Shown here in pieces: positions 28,098 to 38,465 of a DNA stretch of 64,000 bases. The translations under genes were made by a program, and so were the position numbers. A model generated the notes under the pieces. It made no database searches. It saw only the letters and a program-made list of their open reading frames with translations, and was not told the origin of the DNA. Source of the stretch: a bacterium. Lineage in GTDB: Bacteria > UBA8248 > JACPRG01 > G963555815. The first letter of the stretch is position 1. Each line of letters begins with the position of its first letter. The DNA lies in assembly GCA_963555815.3 (NCBI GenBank), contig CAUVWX020000002.1, positions 416,001 through 480,000 on the forward strand. The letters are read 5' to 3'.

Positions 28098-28784
28098 TCA
28101 GCGGCCCTGAACTTGCGTTAAAGCCAAGTTAACCACAACACCAATCCCAAGCAGGATAAGCCCCATGGCGAGGCCCAGGCCAAAGAGCCCCTTGTTGGTC
28201 TCCAGCGCGATGGCCGTTGTCAGGGTTCGGGTAAAGCCCTTAATATTCCCGCCGAGCATCATGGCGATCCCCACCTCGGAGATGATCCGTCCGAAACCCG
28301 CGACGACAGCCGCCATGAAACCATGGCGGGCCTCCCGAAGAAGTGTCCAGGCCACCATGAGGGGAGAAGCCCCCAGCGTTCGGGCCGTCTCCCGAACCAA
28401 CGGCGAGAGGGCTTTTAGGGAAGACAGGGTGAAGACAACCAGAATGGGGATGGCGAGAATCGTGGTCCCCAGTACCATCCCGGTCGGGGTGAAGAGGAGG
28501 TTTAACGTCCCAAGAGGCCCCTGGCGGGAGAGAAGACCAATTCCAAGGAGCCCAATGAGCACTGTGGGGACGCTCAAGAGAGAGTTGAAGGAGAGGACCA
28601 CGATCCGCCTTCCCGGGAAGTTCGCCGTTGCCAGGAGAAAACCGATAGGAACACCAATCACAGCGGCCAGGAGGGTGGACAGGGTGGCCAGGCGGATCGA
28701 GACCAAAGCGGCTGAGAGGACATCAGGGTCCAGGGTTCTAATGAGGCGCAGGGCCTCGAGGATGCCTTCCTTCAGAAACTCCAT
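28098..28784 (-). CDS. tupB: Tungstate ABC transporter permease
   Basis: PTVLIGL, LSRQGPLG, FGRIISEVG, GGNIKGFTRTLTTAIALET. Confidence 0.92.
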   Translation of the reverse strand: MEFLKEGILEALRLIRTLDPDVLSAALVSIRLATLSTLLAAVIGVPIGFLLATANFPGRRIVVLSFNSLLSVPTVLIGLLGIGLLSRQGPLGTLNLLFTPTGMVLGTTILAIPILVVFTLSSLKALSPLVRETARTLGASPLMVAWTLLREARHGFMAAVVAGFGRIISEVGIAMMLGGNIKGFTRTLTTAIALETNKGLFGLGLAMGLILLGIGVVVNLALTQVQGR

Positions 28785-28786
28785 CC

Positions 28787-29635
28787 TCAGGGCACCGCCA
28801 CGGGGTTGAACAAGGGCTCTCCTGTGGGGCGAAAGGTTCGGATGATCTCCTGTCCCTCGGGGGAGGTGATCCATCCAATCAGGGCCATCGCCATGGGATA
28901 ATTGACATGGAGGTGGCGGGCCGGATTCACGGCAATAATCCCATAGGGGTTCCGCAACCGAGGGTCTCCGTCCACCAGAATCTTAAGGTCCAGTCGGCCA
29001 CCATAGGCGAGGAAAGTCCCAATATCGGTCAGGGTATAGGCCCCTTTCTGACTCGCCATAAGAAGGGTCGCGCCCATCCCCTGCCCTATCTCCAGATACC
29101 AGTCCCCTTCGGGATTCACACCCGACAACGCCCAGAGCACCCGTTCCTTCTTATGAGTACCGGAGTCGTCGCCGCGGGAGACAAACAGGGTCTCTTGGGC
29201 CTCGATGCGCGTCAAGGCTTCCGTCCCATCTGAAACCCCCTTCAAACCCGCTGGGTCTGACGAGGGACCAACGAAGACGAAGCGGTTGTACATGACGTCG
29301 CGACGGTTCACCCCGTGCCCCTCGCTGACGAAACGCTCCTCGGCCTCCGGGGCGTGAACCAGGACCACGTCCACGTCCCCCTGGGCGGCCAAGCGAAGGG
29401 CCTTCCCTGTTCCTACGGGGATGACATCGATCTTGGCGCCAAAGCGCTTCTCAAACGGAGGCAGAAGGACCTCGAGGAGGCCGGAGTTCTCCGTAGAGGT
29501 CGTCGTCGCAAGGCGAATCCGCTCCTCCCCGACTCCGCCCCATAGGCCCCAGATACCCAGGATAATGAGGAAGACCAGGGCCACCTTCCCCAGGAGAGAG
29601 CTAACGGTTGAAAACTTTAGAAAACGGTCCGTCAT
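28787..29635 (-). CDS. tupA: Tungstate-binding protein
   Basis: LATTTSTENSGLL (TTTS), GTGKAL, SRGDDSGTH, GQGMG. Confidence 0.93.
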   Translation of the reverse strand: MTDRFLKFSTVSSLLGKVALVFLIILGIWGLWGGVGEERIRLATTTSTENSGLLEVLLPPFEKRFGAKIDVIPVGTGKALRLAAQGDVDVVLVHAPEAEERFVSEGHGVNRRDVMYNRFVFVGPSSDPAGLKGVSDGTEALTRIEAQETLFVSRGDDSGTHKKERVLWALSGVNPEGDWYLEIGQGMGATLLMASQKGAYTLTDIGTFLAYGGRLDLKILVDGDPRLRNPYGIIAVNPARHLHVNYPMAMALIGWITSPEGQEIIRTFRPTGEPLFNPVAVP

Positions 29636-29697
29636 TCCCCAATTCTCCTGTGTCTTCACAATCACTGCCACCCAAAGACATTAAATGGGTGAAGGGT

Positions 29698-30813
29698 TCA
29701 GTTCAGCTCTTCTTCAGAAGTCAGTCTTCGTCCCTGCAAAAGCCCCGAGTGCTCCATGAGATGGGCGTAGATCCTGTCCGAAACGAACCTGTGGCCTTCC
29801 GAATTCCAGTGCTTGGGGAAGATCTCCCTGGCGTTTGGATCTCGATAATGGTCACGGAAGTCCTCCGTGAGGTCAAGGACCGGGATCCCTGTCTTTTTCG
29901 AGAATCGTTCCATAACCTTGGGGAAGCTCCACATGAGGAGGCGATTGAACTCCCCCTTGGCCCAAGACTCAGGAGGAAAGACAACGACGAGAAGCCTCGC
30001 CCCGACCCCCGCCGAGGCCTGGTCCATCTCGCGGAAGATGGCCTCCGAGAGCCTCCACTGCTCCCCCACGCCCACATAGGCCAGGCCGTCTCTCAAGGCT
30101 TGGCCGCGCCTTGCGAGCCAGGCGCACGTCCGACAACCCCACCTGGGCTCCCCTGCCGGCAGATCCGCCGCCTCCCCGATTCTGTCCGGTGGAGGAGTGC
30201 GGGGAACGGGCACATTCGTCAGAAGGAGTTCTTCTCCTTGCAAACGGAACCTCGGCTTATTGTGATTTCGGAAGGTCGCCACATTGCGTCCCATCCCCCC
30301 GAGGTAGAAACCCACCATGACCAGATCGGGCAGGTAACGGACCCCTTCCTCCTTGAGAGTGAGGAGCATCTGGTCCGACCCGTAGCCGTGGACCCCCATG
30401 TTGATCACCTCGGCGTTTGGCATCTTCCTCTCCAGCACCTCGGTGAAAACTTCATCGGGCTCGACATCTTCCCCGAAGGTGAAGGAATCTCCGACCGCGA
30501 GGAGACGAACCTTCCCCGGGATCTTCTCGTAGTCATACTCCCGCGTCTCACGAAGACCCTGCGTGTTTGTTTGAACCGTGAAGCCAGCCACCCGTGTCTC
30601 GTGATCCGGCTTATTCACCCACCCGAGGACGGGACTGTAAAGATCCCAGGTATAAGACCCGTGAGGCCTCCAGGGCCTCGTCTCCTGATGCGTGGGGTAG
30701 CGAATCCCCTTCCCCCTTTCCACGACCCACAAAACCACCTCAAAGGAGATGGCGAAGATAGCTAGGGAGGCGAGAAGGAGAAGGATCTCCTTTCCTGTTT
30801 TGATGGTCCTCAT
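29698..30813 (-). CDS. Membrane-anchored SGNH/GDSL hydrolase
   Basis: TNTQGLR, AVGDSFTFG, NMGVHGYGSDQ, HWNSEGH. Confidence 0.85.
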   Translation of the reverse strand: MRTIKTGKEILLLLASLAIFAISFEVVLWVVERGKGIRYPTHQETRPWRPHGSYTWDLYSPVLGWVNKPDHETRVAGFTVQTNTQGLRETREYDYEKIPGKVRLLAVGDSFTFGEDVEPDEVFTEVLERKMPNAEVINMGVHGYGSDQMLLTLKEEGVRYLPDLVMVGFYLGGMGRNVATFRNHNKPRFRLQGEELLLTNVPVPRTPPPDRIGEAADLPAGEPRWGCRTCAWLARRGQALRDGLAYVGVGEQWRLSEAIFREMDQASAGVGARLLVVVFPPESWAKGEFNRLLMWSFPKVMERFSKKTGIPVLDLTEDFRDHYRDPNAREIFPKHWNSEGHRFVSDRIYAHLMEHSGLLQGRRLTSEEELN

Positions 30814-31032
30814 CCGACATCCCGTGACAGAGACATCTCTTCGGGCTGCCTGCACCCGAAGAGATTCAATGGCCGCCCATCTCCGACGAGCCTGTTGTCT
30901 AAGACAAGAATAATAGAGCAAGGAGGAGGGAAAGAGGGCGTTTAACGCAATTGGGTTCAGAACCTTATCAGTATGCCCTAAACCCCTTTGCCCGGGAAGA
31001 CCTTCCAACTCCCCGTTGGCGGCCGAAGAGGA

Positions 31033-32190
31033 TCAACCGAGTCCCCTCCCGAGAACCCTGCGAAAGGTGAAACCGCTCAGGAGAAGGGCCACCAGACCAA
31101 AACCTGCCAGAATGGCCGCGTCCTGCCAAAGAAACTCCAGGCCCACTCCTTTCAGGTAGATCCCCCGGATGATATTCAGAAAATAGCGGTATGGGATCAG
31201 ATATGTCACATACTGGACCGGCTCAGGCATGTTCTCAATAGGGAAGATGAAGCCTGAAAGCAGAATGCTCGGAAGCTGATAAAAGGCTGATGTCACCATA
31301 GCGGCCTGCTGGGTCCGGGCCAGGGAGGACACCACGACGCCCACTCCGAGACTGGTCAGGACGAAGAGGCTCGACAGACCCACCAGGAGAAGGGCGTCCC
31401 CCTTGAACCACACCCCGAACCAAAACCAGCCGGCTATCACGATGATCAGGACATTCAGCATCCCAATGAGAAGAAAGGGAATGGTCTTTCCCAGAAGGAG
31501 AGCAAACCCTGAAAGGGGCGTCACCACGAGCTGTTCGAGCGTCCCTTGCTCGCGCTCTTTCACGAAGGAAAGGGCCGTGAGGTCCCCGATGAGGGTGAGG
31601 AGGATGGCGCCGATGATCCCGGGGACCATGAAGTTGACGCTCTTGAGTTCCGGGTTGTACCAAACGCGGGGACGGGTCTCCACGAGGAGGGCGCGGATGG
31701 GGGGACCCGAGGCGTCATCGACAAGGGGGCCCTGGAGGTTCAAGGCCAGCTGACTCGCCGCGAAGTCCTGGGTGATATTGTTGAGATAGCCCAGGATGAT
31801 GGCCGCTGCGTTGGAATCCGAGCCGTCCACAAAAATCTGCACGTGGCCCGTGCGGCCCCCTTGGACCTTTTCGGTGAAGTCCATCTCGATGGTAAGCCCG
31901 ACCTGGACCTTCCCACCGTCCAGGAGGCGGAAAATCTCCTCTTCGTCGGCCGCAATCCTCGGCGTGAGGAAGTAGCCCGAAGCCTGCAGCTTCTGCATGA
32001 GCTCCCGCGTGAGGGCACTTCCGTCATGGTCGAGAATGGCAATTTCCACATTGCGGACCTCCTGGGTCGCGGCGTATCCGAAGATGATGAGCTGGAGGAT
32101 GGGGGCGAGGATGAGGAGGATGATATGGCCCCGGTCCCGCCTCAGAGCCCAAAACTCTTTTCGGGTCACCACCCACAGCTGACGCCACAC
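31033..32190 (-). CDS. ABC-2 exporter permease (YbhR/S-like)
   Basis: DGSDSN, YNPEL, VKEREQGTLEQLVVTP, LSGFIFPIENMP. Confidence 0.92.
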   Translation of the reverse strand: MWRQLWVVTRKEFWALRRDRGHIILLILAPILQLIIFGYAATQEVRNVEIAILDHDGSALTRELMQKLQASGYFLTPRIAADEEEIFRLLDGGKVQVGLTIEMDFTEKVQGGRTGHVQIFVDGSDSNAAAIILGYLNNITQDFAASQLALNLQGPLVDDASGPPIRALLVETRPRVWYNPELKSVNFMVPGIIGAILLTLIGDLTALSFVKEREQGTLEQLVVTPLSGFALLLGKTIPFLLIGMLNVLIIVIAGWFWFGVWFKGDALLLVGLSSLFVLTSLGVGVVVSSLARTQQAAMVTSAFYQLPSILLSGFIFPIENMPEPVQYVTYLIPYRYFLNIIRGIYLKGVGLEFLWQDAAILAGFGLVALLLSGFTFRRVLGRGLG

Positions 32191-32234
32191 GGGAAAACCA
32201 ACCTCCGCGACTTGGACCGGTCGGAGACTTTCTC

Positions 32235-33380
32235 CTAGAGGTACTTTTTAAAACGCATGACGTTTAAAATCATCATGAATGCCGAGAAGGCGGCCAGAAA
32301 CAACGCCTGGGGCCAGAGGATCTGAAAGCCGATTCCCTTCAAAAACTCCCCCCGCAGGATCTGCAAAAAATATGTGGCGGGGGAGAGGTGTGCGATCCAC
32401 TGGAGGGGTGCCGGCATGCTCGCGATAGGAAAAATGAATCCGGAAAGATAGATCGATGGGAGAAGGCTCACGAGGACCGCCATGGTGAAGGCGCCCTGCT
32501 GAGTCCGGGCGACGGTCGAGACAAATAGACCGATCCCAAGGCCTGAGAAGAGAAAAAGGACGGCATAGCCCATCAGCCCCAGGAGGGAACCCTTCAGGGG
32601 AACTCCGAAAAGGAGGGTTCCGACCCCGATAATGAGCATCACATCCACCAACGTCACCCACGAGAAGGGAATAATCTTCCCGAGAAGGAGCTCCATCCGG
32701 GAAAGGGGCGTCACCAGGATCTGCTCGATGGTCCCGCGCTCCCGCTCCCGGACAATGACCCCTGCCGTGACGACGGCCGTGAGGAACATCATGATGACCC
32801 CAATGAGGCCCGGGACGAAGAAGAGAGTGCTCCGCAACTCGGGGTTGTAAAGGATGCGGGAACGGAGCTCAATGGGCCGAAGGCGCTCGGGGTCAATGGC
32901 CCCCCGCTCCTCGATGGCGGCCACCGTCACCCGAATGGCATACTCCCGAGCGATCTGGCTCGCGTAGCTTAGGGCGATGTTCGCCGTATTGGAGTCAGAA
33001 CCGTCCACCACCAGCTGGACGGAGCCCGGTCGACGCAGCTGGAGGTCTCGAGAGTAGCCAGGCGCAATCACCAGGGCGACCTTGGCCTGGCCGGCGTCCA
33101 GGCTATGCCTGAGTTCCTCATAACCCTGGACCTCTCCCAAGATCCGGAAATAGTCCGAGTGGCCAAAGCCCCGGGCGAAGGAGCGGCTCTCAGCGGTCCG
33201 GTCTTGGTCGAAGACAATGAGGGGAATGTGACGGACGTCGGTCGAGATGGCGTAACCATAAATGAGGAGGAGGAAGACGGGGAAGACAATGGTCAAGACT
33301 AAGGTCATGGGGTCGCGACGGAACTGTTGCAACTCCTTTCGGACGAGCGCGTAGAAGCGATAGCTCAAGAACCCTTTCAA
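32235..33380 (-). CDS. ABC-2 exporter permease (YbhR/S-like)
   Basis: DGSDSNTA, YNPELRS, RERERGTIEQILVTP. Confidence 0.92.
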   Translation of the reverse strand: MKGFLSYRFYALVRKELQQFRRDPMTLVLTIVFPVFLLLIYGYAISTDVRHIPLIVFDQDRTAESRSFARGFGHSDYFRILGEVQGYEELRHSLDAGQAKVALVIAPGYSRDLQLRRPGSVQLVVDGSDSNTANIALSYASQIAREYAIRVTVAAIEERGAIDPERLRPIELRSRILYNPELRSTLFFVPGLIGVIMMFLTAVVTAGVIVRERERGTIEQILVTPLSRMELLLGKIIPFSWVTLVDVMLIIGVGTLLFGVPLKGSLLGLMGYAVLFLFSGLGIGLFVSTVARTQQGAFTMAVLVSLLPSIYLSGFIFPIASMPAPLQWIAHLSPATYFLQILRGEFLKGIGFQILWPQALFLAAFSAFMMILNVMRFKKYL

Positions 33381-34384
33381 GAGTGGTTCTCCTTGGTGAG
33401 GCGAACAAAGATGTCCTCAATGGAGGGCTGGATGATCCGGGCCGTCTCGATGCGAAGACCCTCGGCCCGAAACTCTTCCAAAAGAGAGGGGAGCTCTTGT
33501 TCCGCCTTGCTCAAGATGAGGTGCAGGCTCGGGCCATAGAAGTTCATGTCCCGGATCTCCGGACGTCCCTTCAGCCGATCGAACGCGTGGCGCAGGTCAG
33601 GTCCTTCCAACTCCACCAGATCTCCGTCGAAAGGCTGCTCCTTCAGTTCTTCAGGGGCCCCGCAGGCCACGAGCCTTCCCTGATGGATGAAGCCGATGGT
33701 GTTGCATCGCTCGGCCTCCTCCATGTAATGGGTCGTCACAAACAGGGTCACCCCCTCGCCGGCCAGGCCATAGAGGATGTCCCAGATCTGGCGCCGGGAG
33801 ACAGGGTCAATCCCAGACGTAGGCTCATCCAGGAAGAGGATCCGGGGCCGGTGCACAAGGGCGGTGGCAAGGGCCAGGCGCTGTTTCCATCCGCCCGAGA
33901 GGTTCCGGGCGAGCTCGCCCCGCCGATCCTTCAGGGCAAGGGACGCCAGGATCTCCTCTGTCCTCCTCTTCGCCAGCTTTCCTCCCCCGAGGTAGACCCC
34001 GGCATAGAACTGGATGTTCTCGGACACGGTGAGCTCTTCATAGAGACCGAAGCGTTGGGCCATGTATCCGATCTGCTGCTTGACGGCCTCTGGCTCCTGC
34101 ACCACATCGTGCCCCCCCACCCGGGCACTTCCCGACGAGGGCCGCATAATGGCGCAGAGTATCCTCAGGGTGGTGCTCTTCCCCGCCCCGTTGGGACCAA
34201 GAAAACCGAAGATCTCCCCTTGCCGAATGGCCAGGTCCACCTGGTCGACAGCCACCAATTGGCCAAAACGTTTGGTCAGGCCCCTGGTCTCTATCGCCAG
34301 CGGGGCATCCCCTGCGATGGGTCGCCCTCCGTCAGCGGCGGATGAGGAGTGCGTCGGCGGGAAGGCCGGGCTTGAGGATTCCAT
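33377..34384 (-). CDS. ABC exporter ATPase
   Basis: GPNGAGKST, LSGGWKQR, DEPTSG, TTHYMEEAE. Confidence 0.93.
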   Translation of the reverse strand: MESSSPAFPPTHSSSAADGGRPIAGDAPLAIETRGLTKRFGQLVAVDQVDLAIRQGEIFGFLGPNGAGKSTTLRILCAIMRPSSGSARVGGHDVVQEPEAVKQQIGYMAQRFGLYEELTVSENIQFYAGVYLGGGKLAKRRTEEILASLALKDRRGELARNLSGGWKQRLALATALVHRPRILFLDEPTSGIDPVSRRQIWDILYGLAGEGVTLFVTTHYMEEAERCNTIGFIHQGRLVACGAPEELKEQPFDGDLVELEGPDLRHAFDRLKGRPEIRDMNFYGPSLHLILSKAEQELPSLLEEFRAEGLRIETARIIQPSIEDIFVRLTKENHS

Positions 34385-35501
34385 CTGGATTATTCACCTC
34401 CACCTTCACCCCGAAAACCAGATTCACCCGTTCCTCCTTGGTCTGGATATTCTTTGGGGTGAACTCAGCCTCCTGGCGGATGAAGACAACTCGTCCGGGG
34501 AACTGGCGCCCTGGGTAAGCGTCCACCTCGACCGAGGCCTCATCCCGCAGGCGAATCCGGCCGAGATCCCGTTCCGGGACATAGACCCAAAGCCAGACCT
34601 TTCTGAGGTCGGACACCGAGACGATTGGCATGCCCACCGTCACCACCTCACCCGGCTCCTGGAACTTCTCCGCCACCACCCCGCCGATGGGCGAGTAAAG
34701 AAAGGCATCCCGGATCCGGGCCTCGATGAGGTCAAGCCGACGAGCGGCCTTCTTGACACGGCTCCGCCCGACGGCCACCTCCTCCTCCTTGAGCGGAATG
34801 AGGGAAAGATCGGCCCGCACCATGGCGAGCTCGGCTTGGGCCGACTGTTCTTGGGCCCTAGCCGCGTCGATGTCCTCCTTGCGTGTCCCCTGGACCATCA
34901 TGCTGAGCCGGTTTTGGGCGGCCCGGAAGCGGGCGAGGGTCTGATCGTACACAGCCTGGGCCCCGTCCAAGCGCTCTTGGGGCACGACCCCTTCGGAAAC
35001 GAGCCGTTCCATTCGACGGAGGTCCTCCTCCGCCTTTCTCAGGCTGGCCTGGACCTCCCGAACCTCTTCGGCGGCGTTGGCTCGCTCCTCCTCACGCTCC
35101 CCTGCCAGGGCCAGCTCCAAACGGCTTTGAGCATAGGCCAGGCTGGCCTCCGACTCCTGGACGTGGCTCTGGACACGCTGTCGCGTGAGTTCCAGATCGC
35201 GCTTCGCCTGGGTCAGTCGAATACGGACAAGCTCGAGATCCGCTTCGGTCTCCGCCCGCTGGATCTCCAGCTTTTCATGGTCGATGGTCCCCAACAACTG
35301 ACCCACCTCTACGAAGTCCCCCTGCTCCACCTCAAGTTGTATGAGCTTTCCCGCCACCTCGGACCGGATAAATACCTCGGTGCCCTCAATGGTCCCAGAG
35401 AGGGAAAAAGTGGACGAATTAGAGTCTGAGGCTTGGCAGCCGGCCAAGACGATGAGGCACGCCCCGGCAAGGAGAATTGGCCGGGCGATGGGGGATCTCA
35501 T
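34332..35501 (-). CDS. HlyD-family membrane fusion lipoprotein (YbhG-like)
   Basis: Lipobox LAGC, coiled coil, EAEFTPKNIQTKEER, LKPGLPAD. Confidence 0.9.
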   Translation of the reverse strand: MRSPIARPILLAGACLIVLAGCQASDSNSSTFSLSGTIEGTEVFIRSEVAGKLIQLEVEQGDFVEVGQLLGTIDHEKLEIQRAETEADLELVRIRLTQAKRDLELTRQRVQSHVQESEASLAYAQSRLELALAGEREEERANAAEEVREVQASLRKAEEDLRRMERLVSEGVVPQERLDGAQAVYDQTLARFRAAQNRLSMMVQGTRKEDIDAARAQEQSAQAELAMVRADLSLIPLKEEEVAVGRSRVKKAARRLDLIEARIRDAFLYSPIGGVVAEKFQEPGEVVTVGMPIVSVSDLRKVWLWVYVPERDLGRIRLRDEASVEVDAYPGRQFPGRVVFIRQEAEFTPKNIQTKEERVNLVFGVKVEVNNPDGILKPGLPADALLIRR

Positions 35502-35769
35502 TGCCCTTTATCAGGAGACCGTCGGCTCATAAACCTCTCTCTCAAAAGGGGAAACCTTCCCCCCAAAAGAAATCTAGATCCTATCTTCTTGAAAACAAAA
35601 TGATATCACGGAAGGAGGGACCGTGTACTTGCCCGTCCAGAAAAAGCTTAGCCCGGCTGGCCTGGGGGGGGGATCCCGTCCCTTCAAGCCCAGGCCCTTA
35701 GGATTTTGACGCCACGTCAGGGTTTTATTTAAGATAAAAGGCAACTCCAGAAGGGAGTAGAACTTTCTC

Positions 35770-37014
35770 ATGAAGGCTTCTCGTAGGAAGAAAGTGGCAT
35801 TTTTCATACTTCCTCTCATCCTCCTTCTTTCGGCCGAGGGCGCCCAGCGGCTCCGCTTCTATTGGAAGAGCGATGGTAACAGCAAATTTCTCTTCTGGGG
35901 GGGCCCAGGCGAGATTCAAAAGCTGAACCCGGATTTTCGGAAGCTTCCAAGGTGGCTTCCCAAGGGCCATACAGATTTCGAAGGTGTGGTCGATTTGCGG
36001 CCAGGTGATCTCGTCCCGCAAGACGATCGTGTCTTTCGCATAAACAATCTGGGAATGATTGGGGAGGATATTCCTCGGGAGAAGCCGAGTGATTTGAGGC
36101 GTATTCTCGTTCTTGGAGACGTAACAAGTTTCGTAATCTTTGACTCTGAGAACAAATGGCCAGAGGAATTGCAGCAGGTGCTAAATCGTCACGCAAAAGA
36201 GGTGAGATTTCAAGTCCTGAATGGGGCCTTTGAGGGCCACAACTCTTTTCATCTCAAGCACCTATTCTTCCAATTCGGCTGGCTGGATTTAGAACCTGAT
36301 CTAATTATCATTTATAGCGGTCTATTTGATTTCGCCGATCTTATGGAAAATCTCATGGAAGTAAAATCCTTCGAACAATTTCGTTTTAAAAGATTCTTCT
36401 TAAAAGTCAGCGGTTCTATTTCCGATCGAAGTCTTCTCTACGCTACGGTGAAGGAGCGTGTCCTGCGTTATCTCTTTGAGTCTGTTGAGAAAGGCTATGC
36501 GGCGATGGGTGAAATCATACAAGAATCTGAGCTCACCCCTGAGGAAGACGCCCGGCGAAAAGCGAGGATTAGGAAAAAATCTGAGGAGCTCTCGGAGGTT
36601 TTACGTGACTCAAATAAATTCTTTGACAGCGAAGCGTATCAGGAATGGCGAGGCCACTTTGTCAAAAACTTTGACTCGGTCGTGGGCACCGCTCGTGAAA
36701 AGGGGATCCCTGTCATTTTTCTTAAGCCCCCCTTCATCCCTGGGCCCGATACTCCAGAGGGAGCTTTCTGGTGGCGGTACTTCCCGGACACGATCGTTGG
36801 TGCAATCGACGAACTTGTCGCAAGACACGAAGTTCATTCCATTGACCTACAGAACTTCTTCCAGACAGTTCCTGACAAGCGCGCACTCTTCACACACCAC
36901 TGGGCCGGCGGTTTCGTTCATCCATCCAGAAAGGGAGCGCAGGTAATCGCGGAGTATCTGACGAACGAGATAAGGGGACTTGGGCTTTTCAGTGAACAGC
37001 TGTCGGAACAGTAA
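35770..37014 (+). CDS. SGNH-fold membrane-anchored protein, lower GC
   Basis: INNLG, RILVLGDVTSF, VLNGAFEG, PDLIIIYSG, VHPSRKG. Confidence 0.75.
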   Translation: MKASRRKKVAFFILPLILLLSAEGAQRLRFYWKSDGNSKFLFWGGPGEIQKLNPDFRKLPRWLPKGHTDFEGVVDLRPGDLVPQDDRVFRINNLGMIGEDIPREKPSDLRRILVLGDVTSFVIFDSENKWPEELQQVLNRHAKEVRFQVLNGAFEGHNSFHLKHLFFQFGWLDLEPDLIIIYSGLFDFADLMENLMEVKSFEQFRFKRFFLKVSGSISDRSLLYATVKERVLRYLFESVEKGYAAMGEIIQESELTPEEDARRKARIRKKSEELSEVLRDSNKFFDSEAYQEWRGHFVKNFDSVVGTAREKGIPVIFLKPPFIPGPDTPEGAFWWRYFPDTIVGAIDELVARHEVHSIDLQNFFQTVPDKRALFTHHWAGGFVHPSRKGAQVIAEYLTNEIRGLGLFSEQLSEQ

Positions 37015-37069
37015 CGCCCTTCCATATTCATAAGTGAATGCCCTATTTGGTTCAAATACAGTAACGTCC

Positions 37070-37861
37070 TCAAAAGATCCCCCGAAGTCGGCCTCCGTCC
37101 ACTTGGATCGTGGTCCCGGTGATGTAGCTCCCCTGACTGGAGGCTAAAAAGGAAACCAGATTCGCCACCTCCTCAGGCTCTCCAATCCGACCCACAAGGA
37201 TATCTCTGACCTGCCGCTTCAGGACCTCCTGAAGCGAGATCCCCTGATGGACAGCCTGATGGGTCGCCAGCTCTTGGACCCGGTCGGTAAGGATAAACCC
37301 CGGGCAGATGTTGTTGACCAGGATATGGTCCTTGGCAAGCTCATTGGCGAGGGACTTGGCGAGGGCCGCCACTCCCGCCCGTGAAACGTTGGAGAGGATG
37401 AGATCTTCGATGGGCTGTTTGACCGCTGAGGAGGTCATCAGGATGAGCCGGCCTCCCCCCTGTTCCTTCATGTGAGGGATGGCCGCCCGACAAAATCGAA
37501 TGGCGCTCATCAGGCCGAGATCGATGGCGCCCTGCCAGTCTTCATCAGACCACCTCTCGAACGGCCCGGGTGGGGGGCCCCCCGCGTTAGTGACCAGGAT
37601 GTCGATCCGCCCGAACGCCCGGACAGTCTCTTTCACCAAATGGGCGGGAACATCGGGGAGGCCGACATCAGCGGGAACAGCGAGGACTTGGCCTCAGCCA
37701 AGCTTTTGGATCTCCTGCTCCGTCTTTCGAAGGGTCTCCTCCCCTCGGGCGCAGATGGTGACATTCACCCCCTCGCGGGCGAGCCCGAGGGCGATGGCCT
37801 TCCCCAGGCCTCTGCTGGAGGCGGCCACCAGGCCCGCCTTTCCACTCAACCCAAGATCCAT
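37070..37861 (-). pseudogene. Short-chain dehydrogenase (SDR) with in-frame TGA
   Basis: MDLGLSGKAGLVAASSRGLG...QKLG*GQVLAVPADV...NAGGPPPG...VDGG in one frame; TGA at 37694-37696. Confidence 0.85.
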
Positions 37862-38075
37862 CTCGTTTCCCCCAAACCCGACCTTGCCGCCCTCCCCTGC
37901 CGGGTGAACTAGCATACTCGATTTTTCCTGCTTTTCCTGCCCAGCGCCGGCGAAAATATCTGGGCCAGAGGGGATTTCCTTTGCATTCATTTCCCCAACC
38001 TACTAAATATGAAATCTTCATAGGCCTCAGAAGCAGAATTCTAATTGCGGGAACCGAAGCGAGGGGGATTTAGAG

Positions 38076-38264
38076 ATGAGCACCGCAAGGCCTAGGCGGC
38101 TCTTCTTGAGAGGGGTCTCTGTAGTCTTTCTCTTGGGGATGCTTTCCCTCCTTTCGGGCTGCACCGGAGGGCGGCCGTCCCAGAGGAACCTCCAAGACGA
38201 AAAGACGCTGGAACAACTCGAGAGGACTCTGCGGGGAGTCGAGGCCAGCGAGACTGCCCAGTAA
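38076..38264 (+). CDS. Small putative lipoprotein
   Basis: 62 aa, hydrophobic core with lipobox LSGC, followed by hairpins. Confidence 0.5.
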   Translation: MSTARPRRLFLRGVSVVFLLGMLSLLSGCTGGRPSQRNLQDEKTLEQLERTLRGVEASETAQ

Positions 38265-38338
38265 ACAGGCTTTAAAGGCCCCTCTCTCAGGCCTCCTTTT
38301 CGTCCCCACAGACAAAACATCTTTCTTCCCAGCACAGG

Positions 38339-38369
38339 GGTCCCGCCGGGGCCAGCGGGGACCTTTTTC
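38339..38369 (+). terminator. Terminator-like hairpin upstream of argD
   Basis: GGTCCCGC...GCGGGGACC followed by TTTTT. Confidence 0.5.
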
Positions 38370-38465
38370 TATTTCAGCTGGGGACTGGGAGTGTATGGAG
38401 AAGAGAGGGGATCTCTGTCCCATCCAGGACACAAATCTAGTACCATACTGGAAACGAGGTGCTGA

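Noticed and set aside
29636..29700. Moco/Wco riboswitch upstream of tupA
   Set aside because: The spacer is only about 60 bp and shows no recognisable motif
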